Translations under genes and position numbers: made by a program
Notes under the pieces: model-generated
What the model was told of the DNA's origin: nothing
Databases searched by the model: none
What the model saw: only the letters and a program-made list of their open reading frames with translations
In this document: positions 27,625 through 37,600 of the stretch, piece after piece
Position numbering within the stretch: the first letter of the stretch is position 1
Layout: the number at the start of each line of letters is the position of its first letter
Origin: an uncultured Gammaproteobacteria bacterium
GTDB taxonomy: Bacteria > Patescibacteriota > Patescibacteriia > Patescibacteriales > JAGXOH01
DNA length: 64,000 nt
Direction: 5' to 3'
Assembly: GCA_964635515.1 (NCBI GenBank)
Contig: CAZWNU010000002.1
Span: 1 to 64,000 of the forward strand

Positions 27625-28245
27625 ATGAGCAAGGGTGTCAAAGAACAATACCTGGAAGAATTAAAGGAGTTAAAAAAGATGAAGGGAGAGGAAAGAGGAG
27701 CGGATCTGGTTTTTTTGACCGAATACCTTAAAAAAAAGGAAGGAGAAGAAGGTTATAGAAGTCTTTTGAGGTTTTTAAAAAAAGAACTTGATTTTGAGTT
27801 GCCCGACCCGGAAAAGCTCAATAATTTTGATTGGATCCCGGCAGCCGCTCCCCATGTTTTTATGGTTGCCATGGTGAGATTTTTTGACTGGGATGATAAG
27901 GAGGTTTTTGAGATGGGCAGAAATTCTTTTACCATTTCCAGGTCCTTGAGGATCCTTATTAATTATACTTTCATTACTAAATATAATATTAAAAAGGCTT
28001 TGAGCTACTGGAATAAGTTCTATACTTGGGGAAGCGCGGAGCTTTTGTCTTTTGATAAAAGGAAGAAAGAGGGATTTCTTTGCCTAAGAGATTTCCCCAG
28101 TCACCCAGTGGTCTTTAAGTATTTGGAAGGATTGTTCTCCAGATTTTTAGAGATCAGCTCCGGTAGCGCCAAGGCCAAGGTGAGAGAGGTTGATAAATCA
28201 CCGGACCGGGGGAAAGATGACCATGTTTTTAAATTGACTTGGTGA
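27625..28245 (+). CDS. Hypothetical ~206-aa protein, diverged paralog of 11270..11887 (V4R-like, Cys-less C-terminus)
   Basis: It shares ordered blocks with the other copy: 'YLKKKEGEEG', 'FDWIP', 'FFDWDDKEVFEMGRNS', 'YWNKF', 'FDKRKKEG', 'HP', and a terminal 'KLTW'. The ATG at 27625 is preferred to the TTG at 27616. Confidence 0.55.
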   Translation: MSKGVKEQYLEELKELKKMKGEERGADLVFLTEYLKKKEGEEGYRSLLRFLKKELDFELPDPEKLNNFDWIPAAAPHVFMVAMVRFFDWDDKEVFEMGRNSFTISRSLRILINYTFITKYNIKKALSYWNKFYTWGSAELLSFDKRKKEGFLCLRDFPSHPVVFKYLEGLFSRFLEISSGSAKAKVREVDKSPDRGKDDHVFKLTW

Positions 28246-28276
28246 TCACTATAATGTTTAAAAGAAATTTATTTTT

Positions 28277-29713
28277 ATGAAAGTAGAGCTAAAAAATAAA
28301 AAATTGCAAGAAATTAAGGCTGACTTAGAGCTTATTTTTGTAGTCAAAAAAGACTTGAAGCACAGATGGGTCAATAAAAAGGATTTTGAAAAGAGAGATT
28401 TCACCGGAGAGGTTGATCAAACCGCATTGGTGGAAGGAAGAAAGAAGCTTTATGTGGGAATCGATTCCTTAGACCAAGAGAGTCTTCGCCTGGGGGCCGG
28501 CTTAGCAATTAAATCTTTATTGGATTTTAAGTTTAAGGACATGAAGCTCGGGCTTTACGGAGTGGAAAGCGGAAACCTTAAGGCTATGGCTGAAGGTTTT
28601 TTCTTAGGCAGTTATTTTTTTGATCGGTATTTGAACAAAAAAAGAAAAAAATATTTGAAAAAAATAATTATCTCTACCGAGGAATACCAAAACAAAAAAC
28701 CCCTTAGTAGGGACAAGTTAAAAAAGGAGATACGGGAGGCGGAAGTTATCTCTGATTCGGTTAATTACGCTAGAGACTTGGTCAATATGCCTCCTTCTGA
28801 GTTAACACCGGTCAAGTTGGCCGAATTCTCTCGTGAATTGGCCAAAAAGAACAATCTGTCTGTGACAGTAAGGGGAGAAAAGTATTTGGAAAATCAAGGG
28901 ATGGGTGCTTTTCTAGCGGTCAGTAAGGCCAGTCCGTATCCGCCCCAATTGATTCATCTGGTTCACAAAACCTCGAAGGCCAAGAAGAAGATCACTTTGG
29001 TGGGCAAGGGTCTGACTTATGATTCAGGAGGACTGAGTTTAAAGCCCAGCTCCTCCATGACCTCCATGAAGGCGGATGAGAGCGGAGCTTGCGCTATTTT
29101 AGGAATCATGCAGGCCGTTTCCAGTTTAGGTCTGGATCTGGAGGTTCACGGCATTATCGGGGCTACGGAAAACGTGGTAGGTAAGCATGCCTATAAGCCG
29201 GATGATGTTTTAACAGCTAGGAACGGAAAAACGATTGAGGTCAAAAACACCGATGCCGAAGGCAGGCTGGTTCTAGCTGACTGCCTTTGTTACGCTCAAG
29301 ATCTTAAGCCCGATTATATAATAGATATGGCCACTTTGACCGGAGCGGTGGTGGTGGCCTTGGGAGAATATACAATAGGTGTTTTAGGGAACAGTGAAGA
29401 GCTCAAGAACTCCCTGATCAAGGCCGGTTCTGAGAGTGGAGAGTTGAGCACTGACCTGCCTTTTAATAGATATCTGAAGCCTTTGATAAAAAGCGATGTG
29501 GCTGATGTCAGTAACATCGGTTCCAGTAGTTATGGAGGGGCTATAACCGCCGGACTTTTCTTAAATGAATTCATTGAAGACAAGAATAAGGATAAGTGGA
29601 TCCATTTGGACATAGCCGGTCCGGCCTTTGTTCAAAAGGCCTGGGGCTACAATCCTCCCGGTGGTAGCGGAGCCGGAGTTCGGATGGTTGTTAAGTGGCT
29701 GGAGGATCTGTAG
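28277..29713 (+). CDS. pepA: Leucyl aminopeptidase (M17)
   Basis: It has the signature 'NTDAEGRLVLAD', plus 'GKGLTYDSGG', and is 478 aa. Confidence 0.94.
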   Translation: MKVELKNKKLQEIKADLELIFVVKKDLKHRWVNKKDFEKRDFTGEVDQTALVEGRKKLYVGIDSLDQESLRLGAGLAIKSLLDFKFKDMKLGLYGVESGNLKAMAEGFFLGSYFFDRYLNKKRKKYLKKIIISTEEYQNKKPLSRDKLKKEIREAEVISDSVNYARDLVNMPPSELTPVKLAEFSRELAKKNNLSVTVRGEKYLENQGMGAFLAVSKASPYPPQLIHLVHKTSKAKKKITLVGKGLTYDSGGLSLKPSSSMTSMKADESGACAILGIMQAVSSLGLDLEVHGIIGATENVVGKHAYKPDDVLTARNGKTIEVKNTDAEGRLVLADCLCYAQDLKPDYIIDMATLTGAVVVALGEYTIGVLGNSEELKNSLIKAGSESGELSTDLPFNRYLKPLIKSDVADVSNIGSSSYGGAITAGLFLNEFIEDKNKDKWIHLDIAGPAFVQKAWGYNPPGGSGAGVRMVVKWLEDL

Positions 29714-29833
29714 GATCTTAAAATCATGGGAGTTCCTCCTTGATTGTCAGGGCTTTTAAAAAGGCTCTCCATTTTTGTTTGCCATCACTCCATTAGCTGT
29801 CCAGAGCTATATTTTTTTATCTCAATTTTAAAT

Positions 29834-31111
29834 ATGATGGAAAAAAAATCGACTCCGGAGTTGTTAGCTCCGGCCGGAAGCCCGGAGAAGTTAAAAGCAG
29901 CCCTGAGATTCGGGGCGGACGCTGTTTACCTGGGGGCGGCTGATTTCTCTCTGCGAGTCAGGGTTAATGATTTCAACATTCCCCGGATCAGGCAGGCTGT
30001 CAGTTATGCCCGAACAAGGGGAAAAAAAGTTTATGTAACCGTAAACATCTTTGCTCATAATCGTCATTTTTCCTCTCTGCCCGGGTATATCAAGAAGTTG
30101 CGAGAGATAGGGGTGGATGCCTTGATAGTCAGTGATCCCGGTGTGATAACTTTGATCCAAGAGCTTTGGCCTCAAGCAGAAATTCATTTATCCACTCAGG
30201 CTAATTGTCTGAATTGGCGGTCTGCTTCTTTTTGGCAAAAAAATGGTGTAAAAAGGATCATTTTGGGCCGGGAGATAAACTTGGTCGATATTAGCAAGAT
30301 CAAGCGGAAGCTGCCAGGCTTGGAATTGGAATATTTTGTCCATGGTTCTATGTGCATGGCTTATTCCGGCAGATGTTTTCTTTCTCAATATTTTCTGAAT
30401 CGTTCCGCCAATTTGGGAGATTGCGTCCAGCCTTGCCGCTGGCCTTACCAGGTCAAACAGGCTGAGCTTTGGGATGAAGAAAAACAAAGATCCTTAAGGA
30501 TAGAAGAAGACAGTTCAGGCTCCTATATCTTGAATGCTCAGGATTTGTGTTTAATTGAATATTTGCGGGATCTGAAAAAGGCCGGAGTGGATAGTTTTAA
30601 GATCGAGGGCAGGAACAAGAGCGTCTATTACCTGTCAATGGTCACTGGGGCGTATCGTCAAGCTCTTGAAGAGATAGAGAGTTCGAAGGAGGATGTTTCT
30701 GATAAATTAAGTTTTTTAAAACAAGAATTAGAGGAAAAGCTTTTCCATCGAGGTTATGGCACCGGTTTTCTTCTGGGAGAAGTGGCTGAGCAAACTTCCG
30801 ACACTTCCACTTGTCAGAGCGGATGGGAATTTTGCGGCCAGGTGCTCAGAAAAGCTCGGTCCAGCCGGGAAAACAAAGGCAAGTATCTGTTAAAAGTAAA
30901 AGTCCACAACAGTATCCGGGTCGGTGATGTTGTGGAAATAGTGAAACCCTTTTATAATGTGGATAGGGTGAAGATAGAAAAGATGTGGAATTCTGAGAAC
31001 GGAGAAGAAATTATAGAAGCCCATGGAGGGGGAAGTCGGATCCGGGTTCTTCTGGGAGTGGATAATTTTGTTGAAGAGGGAAGCGTGCTAAGGCGGATTA
31101 TTAAAACTTAG
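29834..31111 (+). CDS. Peptidase U32 family protein (collagenase-like / RNA hydroxylation family)
   Basis: It has 'PELLAPAGS...ALRFGADAVYLG', 'FVHGSMCMAYSGRCFLS' and 'DSFKIEGRNKS'. The ATG at 29834 is preferred, because the 29744 extension is hydrophobic junk. Confidence 0.88.
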   Translation: MMEKKSTPELLAPAGSPEKLKAALRFGADAVYLGAADFSLRVRVNDFNIPRIRQAVSYARTRGKKVYVTVNIFAHNRHFSSLPGYIKKLREIGVDALIVSDPGVITLIQELWPQAEIHLSTQANCLNWRSASFWQKNGVKRIILGREINLVDISKIKRKLPGLELEYFVHGSMCMAYSGRCFLSQYFLNRSANLGDCVQPCRWPYQVKQAELWDEEKQRSLRIEEDSSGSYILNAQDLCLIEYLRDLKKAGVDSFKIEGRNKSVYYLSMVTGAYRQALEEIESSKEDVSDKLSFLKQELEEKLFHRGYGTGFLLGEVAEQTSDTSTCQSGWEFCGQVLRKARSSRENKGKYLLKVKVHNSIRVGDVVEIVKPFYNVDRVKIEKMWNSENGEEIIEAHGGGSRIRVLLGVDNFVEEGSVLRRIIKT

Positions 31112-31130
31112 CTCGATTTAAGGATTTTTT

Positions 31131-31733
31131 ATGATAACTTATCTCAAGGGAAAGATATTTTACAAAGGTTCCGGTTTTGTGGTTATACTGGTGTCTGATA
31201 TCGGTTACAAAGTTTTTGTAAATGAAAAGTTTTTTTCTAAACTTGAATCAGATCAGGAAACAGAGATTTATACCCATCAATATGTACGGGAGGACTCTTT
31301 GGATCTTTATGGCTTCCAGTCTCAGGAGCAACTGAATCTGTTTGAGCTTCTGTTATCCATCTCCGGCATCGGGCCTAAGTCGGCCTTAAATGCTACCTCT
31401 GTAGCCGATTCAGAAGAGTTTAAAGATTATATAGCCAGGGGAGATTCTTCTCTCTTAACTCAGGTCTCCGGAATCGGCAAAAGAACCGCTGAAAGAGTGG
31501 TGGTAGAGTTAAGAGACAGGATCGGGGCCCTTCCTTCGGGCGGAGTTGCCGGTGCCGGAAGGGGTCAGGAGGGATCCTCTGCCAGGATCACCCAAGATGA
31601 AATAGACGCCCTGATCTCTTTGGGCTACTCTCTGACTCAGGCCAGGGACGCTCTTTCCAGGGTGGATCCGGAAATTAGGGACAGTGGCCAGAGGATCAGA
31701 GAGGCCTTGAAGAATATGGAGAATAAAGAATAA
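31131..31733 (+). CDS. ruvA: Holliday junction helicase subunit RuvA
   Basis: It has 'MITYLKGKI', the HhH motifs 'ISGIGPKSAL' and 'VSGIGKRTAERV', and is 200 aa. Confidence 0.93.
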   Translation: MITYLKGKIFYKGSGFVVILVSDIGYKVFVNEKFFSKLESDQETEIYTHQYVREDSLDLYGFQSQEQLNLFELLLSISGIGPKSALNATSVADSEEFKDYIARGDSSLLTQVSGIGKRTAERVVVELRDRIGALPSGGVAGAGRGQEGSSARITQDEIDALISLGYSLTQARDALSRVDPEIRDSGQRIREALKNMENKE

Positions 31734-31771
31734 AGGTTCTTAGTGGAGTTTTTTAATTTTTTTAATTTTTT

Positions 31772-32752
31772 ATGGAAATAAAAGAGATAGGGGATAAAGA
31801 TAGTTGGGACGCTTTTTTGACAAAACAGAAGTATTCCAGTTTTTTGCAAGCCAGTCAGTGGCTTGATTTTCAAAAAAATTGGTCCCGAAAGGTTTTTCCC
31901 TTAGCTGTACTGGGAGAGAGGGAAGAGATCTTGGCCGTGGCCGGACTGCTGTTAAAAGACACCCCTTTAAAAAAGCCCTATCTTTATTGTCCTCGAGGGC
32001 CGGTTTTGAAAGAAGAGTCCGGCTTGGGAGAGGAGGTCTGGAAGAAGTTGATGAAGGGAATCAAGGATCGGGCCGAGTCTGAAGGGGCTGTATTTTTAAG
32101 ATTGGAACCTTCTTTTTTTCCACCCTCGGATCTCACCCCTCTTTTGGAGAGAAGTGTGGATATCCAGCCTTCTCGAACCTTGATTCTGAATCTGGATCAG
32201 GAAGAGTCAAGTCTGCTTCAAGGAATGCATCAAAAGACCAGATATAATATTCGCTTGGCAGCCAAAAAAGGAGTGGAGGTTCGGGCGGGCCAGAGGAGTG
32301 ATTTTGACCAAGTTTGGAAATTGTTGGAACAAACTGGTCAGAGAGACGGATTTCGGAGCCACTCTAAAAAATATTATCAAAAAATGCTTGATACCGATCA
32401 GGATCTTATTAAGATGAAGGTAGCGGTTTACGAAGGCCGGATCATAGCCATGGGTATTTTTTCTTTTTTTTCTCCAGTGGTTACCTATATGCACGGAGCC
32501 TCTTCTTATGAATACAGAAGCTTGATGGCTCCTTATGCCCTGCAATGGAGCGCTATGACCGAGGGTCGGGCCCTGGGTTATCTTTATTATGATTTTTACG
32601 GAATTGACGAAGATAAATGGCCAGGAGTGACCCGTTTTAAGTTGGGTTTTGGTGGGAGCATTCTGGAGATGCCCGGGACCTTTGATTTGCCTTTTAACCA
32701 AAGATGGTATAATATCTACAAGTTCCTAAGAAAGATCAGACGGAGATCATAG
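31772..32752 (+). CDS. FemAB/FemX-family peptidyltransferase (lipid II amino-acid transferase-like)
   Basis: It is 326 aa with 'SFLQASQWLDFQ', 'LYCPRGPV' and 'HQKTRYNIRLAAKKG...YMHGASS', which are typical of the FemAB family. Confidence 0.85.
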   Translation: MEIKEIGDKDSWDAFLTKQKYSSFLQASQWLDFQKNWSRKVFPLAVLGEREEILAVAGLLLKDTPLKKPYLYCPRGPVLKEESGLGEEVWKKLMKGIKDRAESEGAVFLRLEPSFFPPSDLTPLLERSVDIQPSRTLILNLDQEESSLLQGMHQKTRYNIRLAAKKGVEVRAGQRSDFDQVWKLLEQTGQRDGFRSHSKKYYQKMLDTDQDLIKMKVAVYEGRIIAMGIFSFFSPVVTYMHGASSYEYRSLMAPYALQWSAMTEGRALGYLYYDFYGIDEDKWPGVTRFKLGFGGSILEMPGTFDLPFNQRWYNIYKFLRKIRRRS

Positions 32753-32754
32753 TT

Positions 32755-34152
32755 ATGGATAAAATATTGAATAAAATAAAAAAGATTATCCCCGGTAGAG
32801 TGTTCAGTTTTTTTCAGCCTTTCTACCATTTTTTTCTAAGCTGGCTCGCCGCTTTGTTGTGCGGGAGACCCGGAGAAAAAATGATTGTTGTTGGGGTAAC
32901 CGGAACTTCAGGCAAGACCTCAACTGTTTGTATGATAGCCAGACTTTTGGAAGAAGCCGGATTTAAGGTGGGCTATACCTCTACCACCATGTTTCACAAC
33001 GGCCGGGAGGAGTTTTTAAACGACAAAAAGATGACCATGCCCGGTCGATTTTTCAGTCAGAAGATCTTGAAGCAGATGCACCAAAACGGTTGTCAGTACG
33101 CCATAATAGAGACCACCTCGGAAGGGATCAGACAATTCCGACATCGTTTTATAAATTACGACATTTTGATCTTTACCGGTCTGTATCCGGAACATATAGA
33201 GTCCCACGGAAGTTTTGAGAACTACAAACACGCTAAGGGGGAGTTGTTCAAGCACTTGAAAAAATGTCGGACTAAGTATGTTGATGAAAACCGGCAAGTT
33301 AAGAAAACCTCTTCTGAGATAAAAAAAATAGATCTGAGTCGGGTGAAAAAGACCATTATAGCCAAAGGGGATGATGAACAAGCCGATTATTTTTTGGATT
33401 TTTGGGCGGAGGAAAAATTCGTCTATTATGATCAAGCTGAAGAAACCTCTCGGGATGGTGTTGTTAAGGCCAAGAAAATAGAATACCGGATTCTTTCTTA
33501 TCGGGATCAGGGATATGATTTCTCAGTCGAGGGAGAAGAATTCCGACTGCCCATGTTGGGAGAATTTAACGTTTTGAATGCCATGAACGCCATTTGTCTT
33601 GGCTTCAGTCAAGGTTTGGAGACAGAGATCATTAAACAGGGTTTAGGCAAACTTAAGGGCGTGGCCGGACGATTGGAAAAGATTGAGGAGGGTCAGGATT
33701 TTACAGTAATAGTCGATTATGCTTATGACCCGAACGCCTTGGAGAAGCTGTACTCCACAGTGGAATTGCTTGACCACAAAAGAATAATCCATTTGCTAGG
33801 ATCTGCCGGGGGAGGTAGGGACTCCGCTCGACGCGGACCCTTGGGCAAAATAGCCGGAGAAAAGGCAGATATTGTTATTGTCAGTAACGAGGACCCCTAT
33901 GATGAAGACCCTGGTCTGATCATCGATCAAGTAGCTGCCGGAGCCTATTATTCGGGCAAAAAAGAGGGCAAGGATCTGTTTAAAATCGAGGATAGGAGAG
34001 AAGGGATTAGGAAGGCTTTGCAATTAGCGAAAAAAAATGATATAGTTCTAATTACCGGCAAAGGAAGTGAACAGGCAATCTGCGTCCAAGGAGGAGAAAA
34101 GGTTCCCTGGGATGACAGAAAGGTGGTTAAGGAAGAATTAGAAAAAATTTGA
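32755..34152 (+). CDS. murE: Mur ligase family protein, MurE-like
   Basis: It has the P-loop 'VGVTGTSGKTST', 'DYAYDPNALE' and a C-terminal 'LITGKGSEQ...PWDDRKVV'. It starts 2 nt after the femX-like stop. Confidence 0.75.
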   Translation: MDKILNKIKKIIPGRVFSFFQPFYHFFLSWLAALLCGRPGEKMIVVGVTGTSGKTSTVCMIARLLEEAGFKVGYTSTTMFHNGREEFLNDKKMTMPGRFFSQKILKQMHQNGCQYAIIETTSEGIRQFRHRFINYDILIFTGLYPEHIESHGSFENYKHAKGELFKHLKKCRTKYVDENRQVKKTSSEIKKIDLSRVKKTIIAKGDDEQADYFLDFWAEEKFVYYDQAEETSRDGVVKAKKIEYRILSYRDQGYDFSVEGEEFRLPMLGEFNVLNAMNAICLGFSQGLETEIIKQGLGKLKGVAGRLEKIEEGQDFTVIVDYAYDPNALEKLYSTVELLDHKRIIHLLGSAGGGRDSARRGPLGKIAGEKADIVIVSNEDPYDEDPGLIIDQVAAGAYYSGKKEGKDLFKIEDRREGIRKALQLAKKNDIVLITGKGSEQAICVQGGEKVPWDDRKVVKEELEKI

Positions 34153-34342
34153 TTTAATTTTAATGGCTAGAATTACTTAAACAGCCAGTTTCTCAGAGAG
34201 ATCTACCGACCATCTCCATTTTTTTGTTGTGGATAAAGTGTTGAAAATGATCTTAACCGCTCTTATTGCGTCCTTCGGTTTTAAGTTTCAGGTTTAAGAT
34301 TATCATAAAATTAGCAATATTTTTATCTTTTTGATTTCAGAG

Positions 34343-34371
34343 TTGACATATTCTCTTTTTGTTGTTAATAT
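34343..34371 (+). promoter_or_regulatory. Near-consensus sigma70-type promoter ~310 nt upstream of rpoB
   Basis: TTGACA (34343-48), a 17-nt spacer, and TAATAT (34366-71). Confidence 0.5.
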
Positions 34372-34492
34372 AAAAAATCATTTTTGTTATTGATATATTT
34401 CAATCTGAAGAAAAGAGAGTTTTCTTGATCGGTTTAAAAAACTAATTTTTCTAAGTGATTAAAGAAGTAAGGAAATAATCTTTACCCAAAAG

Positions 34493-34528
34493 CTCAAGCT
34501 CTGGTCTAGGAGTACTTGAGATTTTTTT
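34493..34528 (+). terminator. Terminator/attenuator-like hairpin inside the rpoB leader
   Basis: CTCAAG(34493-98)...CTTGAG(34515-20), with an inner CTC/GAG extension, is followed by A-TTTTTTT (34522-28). Confidence 0.45.
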
Positions 34529-34680
34529 GTTATTTTTTTGTTTTTAAATTTAACTTAAATCATTTTCGGGTTTAGATTTTTCTTGGACTCGAAAAAACTT
34601 AAGAGAGGTTTTTTGAATTATAATCAGATCATTGTTTATATTAGTTCTAAAATATTTGTTTTTAAAATTGTTTTAAAAAT

Positions 34681-37600
34681 ATGATGAATAAAAAAGCTAC
34701 TTCCACCTCTAACATCGTTCCTAGAAAATTTTTTACCGAATCTCGAGAGAACATTCCCATGCCTGACTTGATCGAGGTTCAAAAGGATTCCTATGATTGG
34801 TTTATCAAGGAGGGTTTAAGAGAGTTGTTTGATGAAGTTTCCCCTATAACTGATTTTATCGGCCGAGACCTGGAACTTTATTTCAAAGATTATTATTTGG
34901 ATGAGCCCAAGTTCAGTGAACAGGAGAGCAGGGACAAAAACATTACCTATGAAGCGCCTTTAAGAGTAAAGGTGGAGCTGATCAATAAAAGGGACAAATC
35001 GAGTCGGTCAGAGCAAGAGGTATTTTTGGGAGATTTCCCCTTGATGACCACCAATGGTACCTTTGTCATCAACGGCATTGAAAGGGCCATAGTGTCCCAG
35101 CTTATCAGAAGTGCCGGAGTTATTTTTAACTCCAGCTATATCAAGGGTAAAAAATATTACGGAGCTAAAATAATCCCCAATCGCGGAGCTTGGCTGGAAA
35201 TAGAAACTGATGTTAACAAGGTTATTTGGGTAAGAATAGACAGAAAGAGAAAAGTGGCCATCACCTCTCTTTTAAGGTGTTTTGGTTATAGTTCGGACAA
35301 AGAATTGATCGATCTGTTTAAAAAGGTGGATCTGGTCAGTGAGGAGGGCAAGAACAAAGGAGAATTGGGCTTTATTGAATCCACCATCAAAAAAGACGCT
35401 GCCACTAATGAGGAAGAGGGTTTGAAGGAGGTCTATCGGAAGATCAGGCCGGGTGATTTTGCCGCTACCGACAATGCCAGGCAATTGATCCACTCTATGT
35501 TTTTCAGGTTTGACAGATATGATTTCGGCAGAGTGGGAAGGTACAAATTAAATAGAAGATTCGGTTTTGACATTGAAAACACTAAAGAGAACCGAGTTTT
35601 AAGAAGGGAAGACCTGTTAGCCATTATTGGCGAGGTGATCCGTTTGAATATTACCGGCGATCCAGAAGATGATATCGATCATTTGGGTAATCGTCGAGTT
35701 CGGGCTGTGGGTGAGTTGGTCCAAAACAGATTCAGGGTAGGCTTGGCCAGGATGCAGAGGATCATCAGAGACAGAATGAGTACAGCCGAACTCGGATCTT
35801 TAACTCCGAATAAACTTATTAATGCCAGGCCGGTAATCAGTGTGGTTAGAGAGTTCTTTATGTCCTCTCAATTGTCTCAATTTATGGATCAGACCAATCC
35901 CTTGGCTGAACTGGAGCACAAAAGAAGGTTGTCTGCTATGGGCCCGGGAGGTTTAACCAGAGAAAGAGCCGGTTTTGAGGTCAGGGACGTTCATACCACT
36001 CATTACGGCAGAATCTGCCCCATTGCCACACCCGAAGGTCCTAATATCGGTTTAGTGGGACACCTGTCCAGTTATGCCAGGATCAACAGCTACGGTTTTC
36101 TTCAGACCCCCTACAGAAAGGTTTTACATGATCTTAGAATCGATGATCCCCTGCTTGAGGGTGAGATATTGAGAGAGGATGTGAAAGAGGTTAGAAATTT
36201 GGATTTGGACCAGGATGTTTTGTATGAGGACGTTCCGAGTAACAAAACAGGCAAGATCCTTATTAAGGCCGGAAATAAATTAACTAAAAAAGATATTAAA
36301 AAGATCAAGGACGGAGTGGATAGCAAAGTCTTGATTCCGATCAAGCCCCGAGTGAGTCAGGAAATAGTTTTGTTGGACGCTTTTGAAGAAGAAAAATATA
36401 TTACCTCTTCCTCTAATATTCCCCGGGATAATTCCGGCTATTTTTTGGTGGAAAATCATGAAGTGAGAAAATTCGGTCATCCTACTACAATAGATGTCCA
36501 GTATATTGATTTTATCGGAGTGGCTGCCAGTCAGATCATTTCTATTTCCACTTCTCTGATTCCTTTTATGGAACATGATGACGGACAGAGGGCTTTAATG
36601 GGAACCAACATGCAAAGGCAGGCTGTTCCTTTGATAACCAGTGATTCACCAGTTGTCGGTACTGGGGTAGAGAGAAGGGCGGCTCAAGATTCCGGGCATA
36701 TGGTGATAGCTATGGAAGAAGGGGAAGTGGTTAAGGTTGACTCTTCTTTAGTCTCTGTTCGAAACAAGAGTGGAAAGGAAAGAGTATATTCTTTGTGTAA
36801 ATTTGCCAGGTCAAATTCCTCCACCTGCATGAACCAACGACCGGTGGTATCTGTCGGGGACAAGGTCAAGAAAGGAGATCCTTTGTCCGATGGCCCTAGC
36901 ATCCAAGGAGGAGAGTTGGCTTTGGGAAAGAATATTTTAGTGGCTTTTATGTCCTGGGAAGGTTTTAACTACGAGGACGCTATTATAATCTCGGATAGAT
37001 TGGTCCAAGAAGATCTTTACTCTTCCATTCATATAGAAAATTACACTGTTGACGTTCGGGACACCAAGCTGGGTCCGGAGGAGATTACTAATGATATACC
37101 CAATATCAGTGAAGAGAAATTAAAAAACTTAGATGAAGACGGTATAGTTCGTGTCGGGGCTGAAGTTTCTTCCGGTGATATTTTGGTCGGTAAGATCACG
37201 CCTAAGGGAGAAACCGAACTTTCAGCTGAGGAGAAGTTGCTTCGGGCCATTTTTGGAGAAAAGGCCAAAGATGTTCGAGATTCTTCTTTGTATCTGGAAC
37301 ATGGTGAGCACGGCAAGGTGGTCAATATTAAGATATTTTCCAGAGAGAACGGAGATAAACTGGCAGCCGGTGTTTTGAAGTCGATACAAATATCAGTAGC
37401 TAATTTAAGGAAGATTCAGGTGGGTGATAAATTGGCCGGTAGACATGGTAACAAGGGAGTCATTTCTAAAGTGGTTCCTCGAGAGGACATGCCCTACTTG
37501 GAGGATGGAACACCGGTTGATCTTATTTTGTCTCCCCTGGGGGTTATTTCTCGTATGAACCTGGGACAGATCCTGGAAACTCATTTGGGTTTCGCTGCTG

